Assembly: GCA_010909165.1 (NCBI GenBank)
Contig: MU008189.1
Span: 496,001 to 560,000 of the forward strand
Length of the DNA stretch: 64,000 nucleotides
Direction: 5' to 3'
Source: Anthoceros angustus
Taxonomy: Eukaryota; Plantae; Anthocerotophyta
Shown here: piece by piece, positions 35,204 through 48,929 of the stretch
Numbering within the stretch: the stretch's first letter is position 1
Layout of the letters: every line of letters begins with the position of its first letter
Notes under the pieces: model-generated
The model's database searches: none
What the model was told of the DNA's origin: nothing
Seen by the model: the letters and a program-made list of their open reading frames with translations, nothing else
Translations under genes and position numbers: made by a program

Positions 35204-38200
35204 ATGGCAGGCAGCAGCTGCTTGTTCTCCTGTTCCCGTTCCCCTTCCAGCGCTTGCTCCACGTCGTACGCTCCGAGCTCGAGCCCGAGCCCGCGTCGCT
35301 TAAGCTTAACGCGGAGGCCAAGTTCGACCGAGATCCCAGGTCTGTCCCTGTCCGACTCCGCAATCTGCTCCCATCCGCCCCCGCACAGCCCAATTCGCAA
35401 ATTCCGCTCTCCTGTTTCTGTGGCCCCGATTCACGCCTGTTTTGCGCACGGCCATTATTCGATCGACATGCCAGAATGCAACTTGCCGTGCTCCGGGCCC
35501 CATTGACGCCCCTTTCTTACCCAGTGTGCCGCATTCCCAGCTGCAGCCGCTGTGGGCGCTGCCAGGCTCGATCGCTCCTGCGCAGCTGCCGCCGGTCGCC
35601 GCGTTGCAGCCAGCATGTCCCCTGGGAAGCGGGAGCTGGGCACGGACGGGGACTCCACCTGGAAGCTCTGGGAGAACGGGAAGAAACCCAAGCTCAAGGT
35701 GGGTGGGGCTGTTCGGGCGTTGTGGGCTGGACGGTGGGCTGTTCCTCGGTTTCTCACTGTGGGTTTTGCAGGCTGGGGCTGGGGACGCGGTAGAGTCAGG
35801 GTATGAGAACGGATATGGAGGGGACGGGGAGCCCCTGCTGCGGCATTCTAGTACGACGCCAATTGATTGGGGAGCAGTCTCCTTGCTGTAAGCCAGCACC
35901 CTTTTCTGTGAAAGCAGCGATGGTGGGTGGGTCGTGACTTATGCTTGGTTTTTGTTTCCTTCTTCGCAGCTTCTTGTTCCCGGCTCTCGGGGGACTCTTG
36001 TTTGGGTATGACATTGGTGCCACGTCGGGAGCTTCCATTTCCTTGACGGTAATAGGATTTTCGGACCGAGCTTCTCGTTTCCTGCTGCTGCTGCTGCCTC
36101 CGGTACTGACTTGCCTTGTCCTTGTCCTTGTGTTTGTGCAGTCACCGGATCTGAGTGGGACTGATTGGTTTGATTTGGCATCATGGCAAACTGGCTTGGT
36201 GGTGGGGGCTCGAGTCTGTTTGCAGTTGGTGAATTATGCGGAAGCATTTGGTTAAGTTGATGCTAATGGTTTTGGGGACGTGCAGGTGAGCGGGTCACTC
36301 TATGGCGCTCTGTTGGGCTCAATACTGGCATTCAACATTGCCGATTTCCTAGGTGGTCCCCAGTACTGGGTTTTGCAGACGGTTTTGTCGGGAGAACGGA
36401 TGCGCGGGCTACAACTTTCCGACTCGCTTTTTGGTGTTTTTCGTCGCAGGTCGTCGCAGGGAGCTGATTGTTGCATCTCTGATTTATGGAGGAGGTGCCG
36501 TGATAACTGCAGTTGCAACCAACTATGCTGTGCTGGTGGTTGGTCGTCTCCTTTTTGGAGTAGGGATAGGATTGGTATGCGATCTCACCCGATTCTTTTC
36601 AACCATTCTAGTCTTGGGTTGGAAATGTGCAAGCTCTCTCGGGGACTTGATCATTAACTAAGCTCATCCTTGTATACTCGTTGTGCACAGGCTATGCATG
36701 CAGCTCCCATGTACATTGCTGAAACTTCTCCCCCAAAAGTTCGGGGCACGCTCATCTCTCTCAAGGAGGCATTCATTGTCTTGGGCATGCTGGTGAGCAG
36801 TGGGAGGGGAGACTCACCTTTGAAGCTGGCTGGCCCTTTGATTCATGCCCATCCTCAAATTACCCATTTTTCTGCTTTCTCCTGTTGGTGTGCAGCTAGG
36901 TTACCTAGTAGGTTCCGTTGAGATTGACAACGTTGGGGGATGGAGGATCATGTATGGTGCTGCCCTGCCTATTGCCTTGGTGATGGGAGCAGGGGTGTGG
37001 TGGCTGCCCCCATCACCACGGTGGCTGCTACTTTCTGCTGTCCAAGGCAAGGGAAACGTTGAAGAGCTTAAGGAGAGGGCGGCGGTATCCATTCGAAGAT
37101 GTGGAAGTAGTAGAGCTAGTGACGAGGAAATCCAGGAGCAATTAGAGGATACCTTGTCCTCTCTAGGAGCAGGAGACGAGGTCACCTTCGTGGAGTTATT
37201 CCAGGGCCTTAACTTGAAGGCTCTGACTGTAGGCGCTGGCCTGGTCTTCTTCCAACAGGTTGGCACAGCTCAACTCTGGCTCATGTCCGTGCTAGGGGCA
37301 GGCTCGAGCTGCACGTACCACTCAACTTTGCTGATGGCTCCAATAGTGATTAACAAGAACTTGGCTTTGTAGGTGACTGGCCAACCGAGTGTGTTATATT
37401 ATGCAGCTCCAATTTTTCAGGTTAGTGTTATCTGCCCTTAGTGTTGCTCACCCTGGAGGTAGGAATGTGCTCTGACATGATCATGTGCTTGGGAAACAGT
37501 CTGCAGGTTTCAGTGCAGCTGCGGATGCCACCAAGCTCTCTGTCCTGTTGGGTTTCTTTAAGGTAACTGAGCATAGAACCTTCTTGGGCTCATTGACTAC
37601 TTTAGGTGATCGTTTGTCCACTTCGATGGTTTGCTTGTTTCCAAACTTCTGACGGGCTTCCCTAGTGGCTTCCGGGCTGCTTCGCTTGTGTTCGTCTCCC
37701 GTTGTCTGTTTGCTGCAGCTGCTCATGACTGGCATTGCTGTCTTCAACGTCGACAAACTTGGGCGAAGACCTTTGCTCATCACCGGCGTCAGTGGAATCG
37801 TGCGTCGTCACCTCTCCGAGCATGTCCACCCCCACTTCTGCTCCACATGCCTCCATCAAGAAACTAATTTCCACCTTCTACCTTGCAGGTTGTCAGCCTC
37901 CTCCTCCTGGCGGGCTACTACTCGTTCGCCCAAGGAATCCCTATCCTGGCCGTCGTTGCCCTCCTCTTGTACGTCGGTTGCTATCAGGTGAGCCTTGTCA
38001 TGCCCTGCCCCCCAAATGGAACGTGGCATCACGTATCTTGTCATCCATCAAATTCGAATCTCACTCACATCTCCCATCCCTGCAGGTATCTTTCGGGCCT
38101 GTCTCATGGTTGATGGTCTCGGAGATCTTCCCCCTCCGATCACGAGGCCGAGCTCTGAGCTTGACCACTCTCGTCAACTTCGCTTCCAACGCAGTCGTTG

Positions 38201-38469
38201 CTTTCGCCTTCGCCCCTCTCCAGGTAGCCCACTTTCCTCTCCTCACCCTGTGCTCCTCGCGAAGTAGGAAACCTTCAAACCAGCTTCCTCAACCTAAACA
38301 ACCTCCCTTGACCTGACAGGCTGCGGTGGGTGCATCCTTCACATTCCTCATCTTCGGGGCCATTGGAGTGGGCTCCTTGGCCTTCATCGTCACCAGTGTC
38401 CCCGAAACCAAGGGCCTGACCTTAGAGGAGATCGAAGCAAAGCTGTTGGGAACGCGGCCGGATGACTGA
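35204..38469 (+). CDS. D-xylose-proton symporter-like (VGT-like/plastid sugar transporter), MFS sugar porter, multi-exon
   Basis: Ser-rich transit-like N-terminus; FLFPALGGLLFGYDIGATSGA, ADFLGRR, MYIAETSP..VRGTLISLKE, PPSPRWL, FFQQVTGQPSVLYYA, VDKLGRRPLL, SEIFPLR, PETKGLTLEEIEAKL; stop at 38467-38469. Confidence 0.93.
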
Positions 38470-39362
38470 AAAGATTAGACAGATCATATTAGGAAGGTCC
38501 CTCACGAAGATCAACTGCAGAGTACATTAGGGTGGCAGGCACGTGGTGCCTGGCCTGCTACAGCGGATCTTTGATACTGACGAGCTTTTACTGTCCACCA
38601 CCTCCTCCTATTCTCAGTGCTCCATATCCAAAGACGTTGAACTAGCTGGACGCTGCCTGTTCCAATTCGGCGATTTTTGTAGGTCGGCAGGCTGGGTAGA
38701 GGCAACGGAACCAGGACGCGGCGTGGCCCGCCCCGGCCCGTCCCAGCTCGTCTCCCTCAGTCGTCGGTCTCCTCACAGTGGTCTTTGCGGAGTGGAAGGA
38801 GCTGGTCTCTCGTCATCATCCCGTGCTTCCACCATTCTGGCCTCTGCCATTGACGCTTGACCTCAACGCTGGGCCGAGCTTGGAGTGTGTTGTTGCCGGG
38901 GGCGGCAATCTGCGGACGCGGCCCCGCTTTTGCGCCAACCACCCGCTCTGCCGGTTTGTGGGTTCTTTGAATTTTGACCCCACACGAAGTTCCTTTCTTT
39001 TTCTGCTCGCTTTCCTCCATCGCTTCCTTCCTTGGCTTGCCTCGCCTTCCTCCCAGTGCCTCCATCGCCTTCCGGCCACAGCCGAGCCTTTGACTCGGTC
39101 GAGGCGACCTGGGAGCATTTGACCTTGGGGGAATCGTGTACGTGGGCGGCCGGCAGGGTCCGGCAGGGTCCGGCAGGTCTGGCTGTCAACTGAGGGACAG
39201 CAGACTGTGAGCGGCCTGTCTCCCAGGGCTCTCTGCCATCCTTGTGTGTTGGTTGCGGTGGCAGGCCGGGGGACGGGCTCTCAGACCCGCCGTGGGCTGT
39301 CGGGTGATGGGAGTGCTGCTGATCGAAGCTCAGGCATAGCGGATTCCAGGCGGCTGGCCACA

Positions 39363-41346
39363 ATGACGGGGAAGAAGCCCTTCAGCCGGCCCAGCCCGCC
39401 GGTCATCAATGTAAATGTCCCCAAGCAGGGGGCCACCATACCCGATCTTTTGTAAGCTCGCCCACTCAATTTCAATGCTGCGTGTCATGTTCAGCTCTTC
39501 CTGTTGTTGTGCGGGGATAGGTTGGTGTCTGTGCGGAATGCCCATTTCCTGTGCAGCTAATTGGACAGGGCAGTCCTCTGGGAAACGAGAGTCGGGGTTT
39601 GTGCTGTATCCGCTCTCACGGGACTGAATCTGCTGTTTTGCTCGTTGTGGGGAGTTGTCATATGTCGGTGTGGTTAAGCAAGGGATGTGTTTGCCTGCAG
39701 CACGGCGAGCGGGACTTTCAGGTATGAGGACATGATTTTGAACAAGGAAGGTCTGAAGCTTGTCTCCAAGGCTAATGAAGAGGCTGCTGCCAGCGTAAGT
39801 GTTTCTTTAACTCGTGTTCTGCCCCGCTTTGCACAACTCTTGATACTTTTTTCTGATACATACGCTGTGGGAACTTGGTATGGGCGCTAAAGCCTGCAGC
39901 AGACGTTCAGTTTACGCTTGCGGATTTGGAAACGATTAAAGTGATTGGGAAGGGCAGTGGCGGGCTTGTGCAGCTTGTCCGTCACAAGTGGACAAACGAG
40001 ATCTACGCCTTGAAGGTGTGTTTCCTTCAAGACCATTCCTTCCTAGAACATGTCCGGCTGACTGATCATAACTTTTGTCAATTTGCTTGTTCTTGTGCAG
40101 GTGATACGGATGAACATACAGGAAACCGCGCGCAGGCAGATTGTGCAAGAGTTGAAAATCAACAAAGCAACTGAGTGTCCGTATGTGGTGGTTTGCCATC
40201 ATGCTTTCTATCAGAATGGAGCAATATCTATCCTGCTTGAGTATATGGATGGCGGATCACTTGCGGACATTGTGAAGCATAACCAAGTTCCAGAGCCTCA
40301 CCTCTCAGTGATCAGTCGGCAGGTTTGTGCATCTCATCAGTCACATATCAAATCTTTTCAAGTGAATTTCTGTTTCTGGGTTGGTTCTAGAAACCTTCGT
40401 TGTCTGTGCTACTGCCCTCCTGCCCTGACAGTAAGGCGGTAACCCTTATCTTTGGCCTCATTTGCAGGTTCTTCAAGGTCTGCACTATTTACACCATTCG
40501 AAGCGCATTATACATCGAGATATCAAGCCGTCAAATCTTTTACTAAACCACAAGAGTGAGGCCAAAATCACCGATTTCGGTGTCAGTGTAATCGTCGAAC
40601 ACTCCATGGCCGAAAGGGACTCATTTATTGGCACATATACATATATGTCCGTAAGTGCAGCCTTTTTGCACATCTCTGTGCTATTTGCCAGGTTTTCTGA
40701 GCAGATCAGACTCCTGTGAATTTTCGTAATGATTCACGTGTCTGGAAGTTTGAACTAACCTTGATAGTTGGTATGAATGCAACAGCCGGAGCGAATAAGT
40801 GGCAGCACCTACTCGTACGACAGTGACATCTGGAGCTTGGGTCTGACGTTGCTTGAGTGTGCACTGGGGCGCTTCCCGTACCGGGATTGTTTGAATTTCT
40901 ACGAGCTTTTGGAAGCGATTGTGGAGCAGCCACCTCCCGTGCCCCCTTCAGACCAGTTTTCTCCAGAGTTCTGCTCATTCATATCCGGGTGGTAAGTTAG
41001 ACCTTCATCACTTCATAGTCTGTGCATTTATATCCAAAGCATCTTTTCGAAATAATCTTTTGCTGAATGCATGTCGGGTCTCTCGAACGGGGTTTTAACA
41101 TTTTTGGGTTGTCTGACAAAAGCCTGCAGAAGAACCCGAAGCACCGCCTGAGTATTACCCAACTATTGGTAAGTCTCGGTCTACTCAAACTGACCATACT
41201 GCATCCATTTTCGATAGCCCAACTCAGAAAGTGAGTAACCTGGTGCTTGCTTTTGTTTGCAGGATCACCCTTTCATAAAGAAGTACGAAAACGAGCAAAT
41301 TAGCCTGTCTGAACTCATACCTGTCGCCTCGTCTACTCCAGAGTAA
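39363..41346 (+). CDS. MKK6: Group A MAP kinase kinase, MKK6/NQK1-like, multi-exon
   Basis: [56 protein letters not shown]...[45 protein letters not shown]. The activation loop is closer to MKK6 than to MKK1/2; orthology is not proven. Confidence 0.85.
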
Positions 41347-41817
41347 GGCCGGAAGACGAGAGGTCCGGTATGGAGTAATGCTACCTCCCCTCGAATGTTA
41401 CTGCTCACCTTGCTGTTGCTGCCAAAGTTGATGGGTAGCCATGATATTTGAAGTTCCCCACCGTTTCATTGGTGTCTTTCAGAGACGGTCTCTTCTCTCC
41501 CCCGTCTTTTATATTCATGGTAAATCAGTCCTGGATCGTTTCCGTCCCAAGATGAACTTTGAAATTGTGCCTGACCGGTTGAAATTATGCACCTGGAGAT
41601 CCAAGACTCCAGATTGTCCCAAAGACAGCGGTGTTTGCATGCCACGCACTACCCCACGTCACATAACCTCTTCAGACACATGGCCTCTTCAGAGCTGACG
41701 GGCAGTCAGTGGGCCTGTAAGCCTTCCTCTGTACATCGATCTCAGCTTTCGAGTCGGTGTGTGCTCTGGTCCCCAGAAAATCAGTGAAGCTTTGGCAGCA
41801 AGGTTGAGGACGCTACT

Positions 41818-42072
41818 ATGGCACAGCAGGGAATTCAAGGGGGCAATCCTGGCCCTAAGCCTAATTCAGAGGACTTCGAGACAGACATGGCAAAGCATAT
41901 GCAAGAAGCAGGCAGGCAGCGCGCTGAATCAGAAGACTACCAAGCCAAAAGTGTGAAGGAGAAGATCCAGTACCACGAGGAGAAGATCAAGGACTATGCC
42001 TCGGAGAAGATGGACAAGGCCGGAGAGGCGATCAAAAGCACCATCTCCGGCACTGGTTCTTCTGACAAGTAG
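41818..42072 (+). CDS. Small hydrophilic LEA-like (group 3-type) protein, 84 aa
   Basis: Single exon, no Cys or Trp, K/E/A/Q-rich amphipathic segments (KIKDYASEKMDKAGEAIKS), coding-like codon usage. Confidence 0.6.
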   Translation: MAQQGIQGGNPGPKPNSEDFETDMAKHMQEAGRQRAESEDYQAKSVKEKIQYHEEKIKDYASEKMDKAGEAIKSTISGTGSSDK

Positions 42073-42673
42073 ATGGCCAGGATTTGTTCTGCCACCACAA
42101 AAATTTTGTAGTGCTGTTTGCAGATATGATTTGGTCGGTAGGCACCAACAAGAAATGCTGATCGGAAGGAGGTGGTGGTGTATCACTCCATGCAGCTCCT
42201 AGCCGACGGTGTTGCTGAATTTTGTTATTTTCGAGTATTTCAAGTTCCGTGCAGTAAAGCTGCAGCCTGCTATGGTACGACCACCACCGTCATCGATTAT
42301 GATCGATATCTATTGTCTGTACTGCCAAACCCGGATAGTTCGAGACCTCCTTGGCGCGTCTTGCAAGCCTTGCGCCACAGACATAGTGCTTGACAGTATA
42401 AGCTTGTTTGTCAGCCGATTTTCATATTGCTTGGCGAACATCAATATTTATGTAGTGCCATGGTTGTAGATTTCGAAGCTGGATATCCTTCGATGGGCCG
42501 ATGATGGGATGAGCTCAAGGGCAGAAAGCTGCGTGCACTTTGGGAGGATAGGTGGAAGGAAAATTATTCCGGACTGCCCAAAATTTGTAGTTGGCAGTAT
42601 GAAAACATTTTACAATGTACGAAGAGCAGAATGTTCAGTTCATGTTACAAGTTTCCGACGCCGTGCAATGCTA

Positions 42674-45346
42674 TTATGCTGTGCAGAGGCTCTCGAAGCC
42701 CATATAATCTCCTGCTTTAAACTTCAGCACGTTCCTGATAATTCCCACGATCCCTGCATAGAAGAAGGCAGCAGCGAGTAAGAAGCCCGATCAAGCTGCA
42801 ACTGTGATAAAACAAGCAGGACATCTACGGGCTAAGATTGACAGGTACCCATGGTAACGGCGCTTATGGCAATGCTTGAAGCTAAAGTGAACACAATGAT
42901 GGACGGTCTCTTTAACATTCTGATCAGCTTTGCAACGAAATACTGAGCCCAGAAGGCAGATAACATGGTCACCAGCACCAGGTACACTCCTGTACAGAGA
43001 GCAGTAACTTAGAGGTAAGAGCGAGGATGTGGGGTGACTGCACGATGCAAGGGCAGATGATAAGAGTACGCTCACCATAAGTCAGTGGGATGCGGTCCAA
43101 GAGGTAGTACTCGATAACCGACATCGATGAAGAGAAGATCATCACGAAAGTGGCCGTTGCACTTGTCACCTGCGGGCAGCATTGACGTGACAGCTTTGAA
43201 CCACACACAAATACCGGTGCAAACACAACATGCCCTGTAGCTAGAAGCGGTGCCCAGATTTGCTTTCTCACCTGAGGAGTAATGCCGATTTCCAGAAGCA
43301 GAGGTCCCAGAATGGCGCCCCCTCCGACACCCAACATTCCCCCTACAAGCCCAGCGGAGATCCCGAAGAAGCTGCAGGATGCAAGCTCGGACACGGTCCA
43401 TTCGACTTGATCCTCATCCCCCCAATCCTTCAAGCTTTTTTGTTTGCCTTTGTCGTACAAATGGATCGCCGTGTTGATGGTCACAGAGAAGGCCACTGGA
43501 ACCTAATTTGGGCGCATACCAAAAAGCACCTTAGCTCTTGTCAACAATCTCAGGGACCCTTCGAAATCCCCGGGAGAGACCTTGATTGGTGGGATCTACC
43601 TGCACCAGGTTGAGGACCCAGTATGACGCTCCACATTCTGGCACCTGGATCTGGAATCAAGAACAGGACACAAGCTTCTGTTGGAAGGAATGCCCTCACT
43701 GACATTTGAAGCCCTTCCTGATCACATTCTCAGCACATGCTAAATCCTGAGGAGCTGCCTTTGGGTTAATGCAAGCGCACCTTCACGACTTGGATTACGA
43801 GAAATGCAAGCCAAACCAAAGAAAGGAGTCCGAGGGCTCTAAAATCCACATAGAGCCACCATCTCTCCAGAGCCTGCATAAATGCAGGTCTCCCATTATC
43901 ATTTTTTAGTGTTGCGGGTCGGAACTCGTTCACGGGTTAAATAGTTAGAACCTCACATCGTACTGGCTGGAATCACCTCCGGCGGGAGGTTGGACGTTCT
44001 CTCCAGGTGCCCCTGAAACAGAATCATACATAAATGTTGTGTCAGAGCGGTCTCAGCATGAACGTGCGTGCGACAATCTGAGATACAACGTTGAAATACA
44101 ATTGCAATACGATTCACTGATGTATCATTGTAAACAGACTTACCTTCTTGATCGGAGCTTTCCTGTATGAGCCTCTGCCCGCACACAGAAGAATGGATGT
44201 TACAAATGGGGAATACATGGTCTCAGAAGCGACTTCAGATTTGTGCAGAAACAGCAAAGCACACAAAGAGATGCGGAACCTGATTCCGTGTGTTCTCTTG
44301 ATTCCATGCAACGATGCCCTTGAGGAAAGCATTCCATGCGAGTCCTGCACCCACAGACCACACACCGAGGTTCAAAGCCGACGATCAACAACTACCATGG
44401 GGAGAGCAAATGTGTGTCGCATTTTGAGCAGTGGTGTCAGAAAGGATTACCGCAGAAGATGATGATGAGAAGCGTGACAACCATCCAATCAGCGAGCATA
44501 ATATTCAGCGCAACTCCAATGCTGATCCCCAGCAGTAGCATAGGTTGGAACAGCAGTGCCAGCTCGTAATCCATCACAGACCGATCGGCGGTAGGATGCT
44601 TCACCTTGAGATTGAAATAGGTGGTGGACAGAGCTCCCCCCATGATCATGGCTGCAACGAGATAGGTGAAGCACTTGACAAGCTACAGAGCCAGAGCCAG
44701 GGCCAGAGCCTGGCTGAGGCCAAAGCAAGCATCCATACTGCACATCAAAGCTAACGCAGTGCCCAGTACATTTGGAAAGCGCTGTGGCTGTCTTGGAGTC
44801 GAAGCCAATGACCAGAATAAGCATCGGTACAAAGATGCCACCTCCCCCAACCCCTCCCACACTTCCCAGGGCCGCCCCAAAGAACCCGATAGCACTGCCC
44901 AGGACCACCCTCCAACTGAGCCCGAACTCCTGCGAAACAGAACAGGTCTGAATGAATCTCATCTCAAATCCAAGCATCCGCCACCGTACACCGCAACCCA
45001 AGAATATCATCACTGGCTCCAAGCAGCTCACCGGCCAGTGGGATCGGAAATCGTTATCATCTCCAGTCAGCAGATTGTAGCTGTCCAAGAGAAAAGCGAG
45101 GAGGCTGAAAGACTCCTGCCCCGAATTCGCATTCTGGGCGACGACGTCACTGTCACTGACTCCATCTGGCTTCCCGGGCCTCGAGCCCCGCGGCTCTCGA
45201 ACCTTCAACCGGGTGATATCGAAACCAGCAACATCCTCTGGATCTGGGAGGAGGTGCAGCCCTGCTGCTAGATGAGTAGCGGCCTGGATCAGGATGAGCA
45301 GGAGAAGGATCCAGTGCCACCCTCCTCCGCCTCTGGAACGAGTCAT
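42674..45346 (-). CDS. Sulfite exporter TauE/SafE family membrane protein, multi-exon
   Basis: Signal peptide; [23 protein letters not shown]...[17 protein letters not shown]...KHP....[69 protein letters not shown]-terminal YMGFESLC. Confidence 0.93.
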
Positions 45347-46699
45347 CCTCCTAAACGCACGGCACTGCCCGTTGCTGCGCCTGGATGGAACGATCTGGCG
45401 GCAGCCAGGATGTGCGTGCTGCAATCCTGCTCGCTCTGCAGTCTGCAGGATGTCCCGAAACTCTGGAGCCAGGCCACCTCATTTGTATGAAGGCAGCTCG
45501 CTCCATGACAGATCGACTGTAGGAGTTGTCCTCCAGCGCACGTCCTCCACAATCTCTACAAGGCCCCTCAACAAGGCTCGCCCATCATCATCATTGGGCC
45601 ACTACGCCAAAGCGCAGGCAGATGAATCCCAGATTCCCGCGGTTCGTAAATGCCGTGGGATGTGGTGGGGTCCGTTTGCATCGCTCTCCCAGTTCCGCGG
45701 AACGAACTTCGGGCGAACTCTTGACTGCACAGCAGTCGCCCACAAGGAGGCCCGGTCTGCACTCCGGAAAGCACAGTCATACAACACATGTCAGAACATC
45801 AAACCAAAGCGCCCGTGCTTCCAATCCCACTACAGTAAAACTTCCAATACTCTTCAACCTGAACACGCAACTAGCGTGCAAATTCCATTAGCGATGCGAT
45901 GAAGCCACCATGGAGGACGGACGGAACAACTGCCAGACCCAAGCAATCTACAAGCCCTCCCAACCCGTTACCGTTTGTTGTGGTACGACCCTCCTGCGAG
46001 AGGCCAGGACACGGCATCCAGCAAGGAACTGCATAAATTTCACTTGTTGCCGTCGGCTTTACAGCGCTGCTGCAAGCGGATAAGTGAAGGAACGAAAAGC
46101 GAATGCAGGAATGACGATAGAATAGTCCTTCTATTTCCAAAGGCTGCACGGCACTATTCTTGGCCATGTGAGGAATGACGACCATTCACGGGGCACAGGT
46201 AGTAGGTACCCCGGACACCACGCATCACAGCTCCACAGTACTGCCCTCCAGATTCGCACTCATCTGGGTAAAACAGGGATTCGGACAGGTTGTGCAACTG
46301 GGTCCAGGAGACCGCAGCCTTTCACCATGTGAACTTACAGAGATCACCGTCTGCTCCATCCGGGAATCTCTCAGGTCTCAGGGCTGGGAGAAACGAGAAA
46401 CTGGCTCATCTCGTCGGGTACTGTAACCGGTCAGGTTCATTTCAAAGCATATCATCTTCCGCGAATGGAGCAGGAAAGGTAGGCGGCACGGCAAGTTTGC
46501 GCTCACGCTTGGAAATACTGTATGTATCCTACGCTGTAACTACTATCTGGCCGCTACTGGTTCCCTTTCTGTGGGACGACATTATTGCGGTCCTATTCTG
46601 TCAGAACCAGACGCTGGGACCACCACAACGAGTACAGATAAAATGGGACTCTGGGCCAGCACTTTTTCGGGTCAAGTTGAAATACCGACAATACACCTA

Positions 46700-48578
46700 T
46701 CAGCTTTATTATAAAAGTATTCAATTAATATATTTATCTAAAATAAAAAAGGTCTGTTTTAATTTAAATATCTCAAGCAGGAAATTCCCTGATGTAATAA
46801 TAGGATAAGAATTCTTACTTGTCTATTTGTTGTGATCTTGTCCGGTTTTCGTTTGTGGGACTCTTTAATGTGTGTAAAATTCAAGTAAAGTATTAATCAC
46901 ATAATTTTACATATATATTATATATTATATATATTATAAAGAACTTAACTTAATTTTAATTAAAATCAAAATAATTTTCTCACAATATTAGGTATGAGGG
47001 GAAAAAAAGAGAGTATGAGATTACCTGAGCTTATTTCAAGATTGTACCAAGAAATGAGTTGCAGTATGTCTTACTTTTTAATAAACACCTTGTGAAGAAT
47101 AACCAAACGAGATAGGTTGCTCTTCAATATCCCATCCACGTTGGATATCGATAAGCTTGAAAGAGTTATCACCATAGGAGGCAATCTCACCAATACGCCA
47201 TTGAAGTTTATTTCGTAGTTCATCATTTTTCAAGATAAGATAATAAAAGTCTTTGTTAGCAGTGACAAAGTGTCTATACTCACGAGGTGTTATGAGGGAA
47301 TAAGAATTTGCAGCGGCAAGGCCCCATACTGTATCCCACAATTTGAAGATTGTTTCTTGGTCTGTGATGCCTATACATTCAAATATTTGCTGTATATTTT
47401 TACTGTGATCATCTGTATTGACTTCGGGATACCACTGCCATGGCCATTGTTGCCATTGATAATCAAGATCTAGCTCTTCGTTCAAAGACACATGAATTTT
47501 GGCTTTTGCAACATACATAGTTTTCTCTAATAGACGTTTTTTAATCCACAATCCTAATGGCGAACCCCTACATACTCCACGTACAAAGAACTCAAAAGCT
47601 GGATGGTCACAAATATATACATGTTTAGGAATCAGATGCACCAAGGGGGATGGTGGTGGATTGCCTCTTACTACAAAATCTTTGCCTTGTAGCATCCTTG
47701 GAGGGAATGTGTATGTAGGTACTCCATGTCCACCTAATTCTTGTCCAAGATAGTAATTTTCTATAGGATCTACTACGGAGTAAGGAATCTTTTTATTGGG
47801 TTTGGTCTTGGAGGATCCAGCTTTAGATGAATTGGCCATGATTTTTAAGGATGTGCTTTGTTAGGATGGTATCGTTAACAATGCAATAAACATGCACATA
47901 CAATGTAGATATTGAACATGGATTTTTATAATAGTAATACCCTAGGGTTCTATGCAACATATGCTTATGATATCTTAATATCTGCTTTGTGTTTTTTAAA
48001 TTGGTAAATATATATTTAAAACTGTCATATTATTTAATAGTTTTATATTTATGATTAAATAATATATTTAAATTGGATATTTAATTAATACGTATTTCTT
48101 TATTGTGCTACATTAAAATACATTTAAATCAAGAAATCACATCTAATTTTATTTTAAGATGCCGTTTACTTGTTTGCATTACTTCTCTTTATTTTGTATG
48201 ATTTTGGGTAAATTCTTTAATTTTTTTGGATATAATTGATGACCTTGAAACACTCACAATACCTAGTATAAAAAAATGGTAAATCAAAACTTATCTTGGA
48301 ATGCTATTGGGTTGGGAAGCAACTAAAGTAGTTAGTGAGTATCAAATGCTTACTTGAATTTGAAGAGGTTAGGATTAAATATCTAAGAATGGCTAAGCTA
48401 GTTATGGATAGGGTAGAGCTAGTTTTGGGGGATATTAGAATAATTAAGTTTTAAGGTTTATGATTTATATATTTAATATCATATCGCCACCTTGATGTGA
48501 ATTAAAAGTACTTCTCCTACATACACATATGGTCCTAGGCTAGGGGAGATCCAACGCAACAAGAAGGATGTTTCCTAG
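46700..48578 (+). mobile_element. AT-rich island, possible non-autonomous Helitron
   Basis: Sharp drop in GC. Begins A|TC..TTATTATAAAAG and ends ATCC-AACGCAAC-..-GGAT-GTTTCCTAG|T, loosely matching Helitron TC...hairpin-CTAG termini at an AT site. The hairpin is weak. Confidence 0.33.
47078..47839 (-). CDS. Orphan intronless 253-aa protein, Trp/Tyr-rich
   Basis: 762-nt ATG-initiated open frame in AT-rich DNA, where chance ORFs are short. No family recognised. Confidence 0.6.
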   Translation of the reverse strand: MANSSKAGSSKTKPNKKIPYSVVDPIENYYLGQELGGHGVPTYTFPPRMLQGKDFVVRGNPPPSPLVHLIPKHVYICDHPAFEFFVRGVCRGSPLGLWIKKRLLEKTMYVAKAKIHVSLNEELDLDYQWQQWPWQWYPEVNTDDHSKNIQQIFECIGITDQETIFKLWDTVWGLAAANSYSLITPREYRHFVTANKDFYYLILKNDELRNKLQWRIGEIASYGDNSFKLIDIQRGWDIEEQPISFGYSSQGVY

Positions 48579-48929
48579 TGAGTCTTTTATGTGAGCCCTG
48601 TGGGCTTATATCGAGTTGGGTAGGTAGGTACCAGATCGCTCACCTATCGAATTTTCGCTTGCTAGGTAGGTAGTAGGTTTTTTGTGTGCGCGTAGCGATA
48701 GCAGTAAAGTGTGGTCTGCTGAATAGAGCCTGTTTGCTGATGCCTGTTGGTTGGTAGTGTTTGGAGCTACACGAGCTTCGGATCAGGAGTCTCAATTGTG
48801 CGAGAGTTGGGAGAATTGGCAGTCCTTTGGTCCAGAAGCTTGGATTCTCGTGTTTCGCAATTGAAGTCCTGCGGAGGTGCAGTGAGGGTTTGGGAGTGTC
48901 GGGAGCCTGCTGTGGGAGAAGGTACGAGC

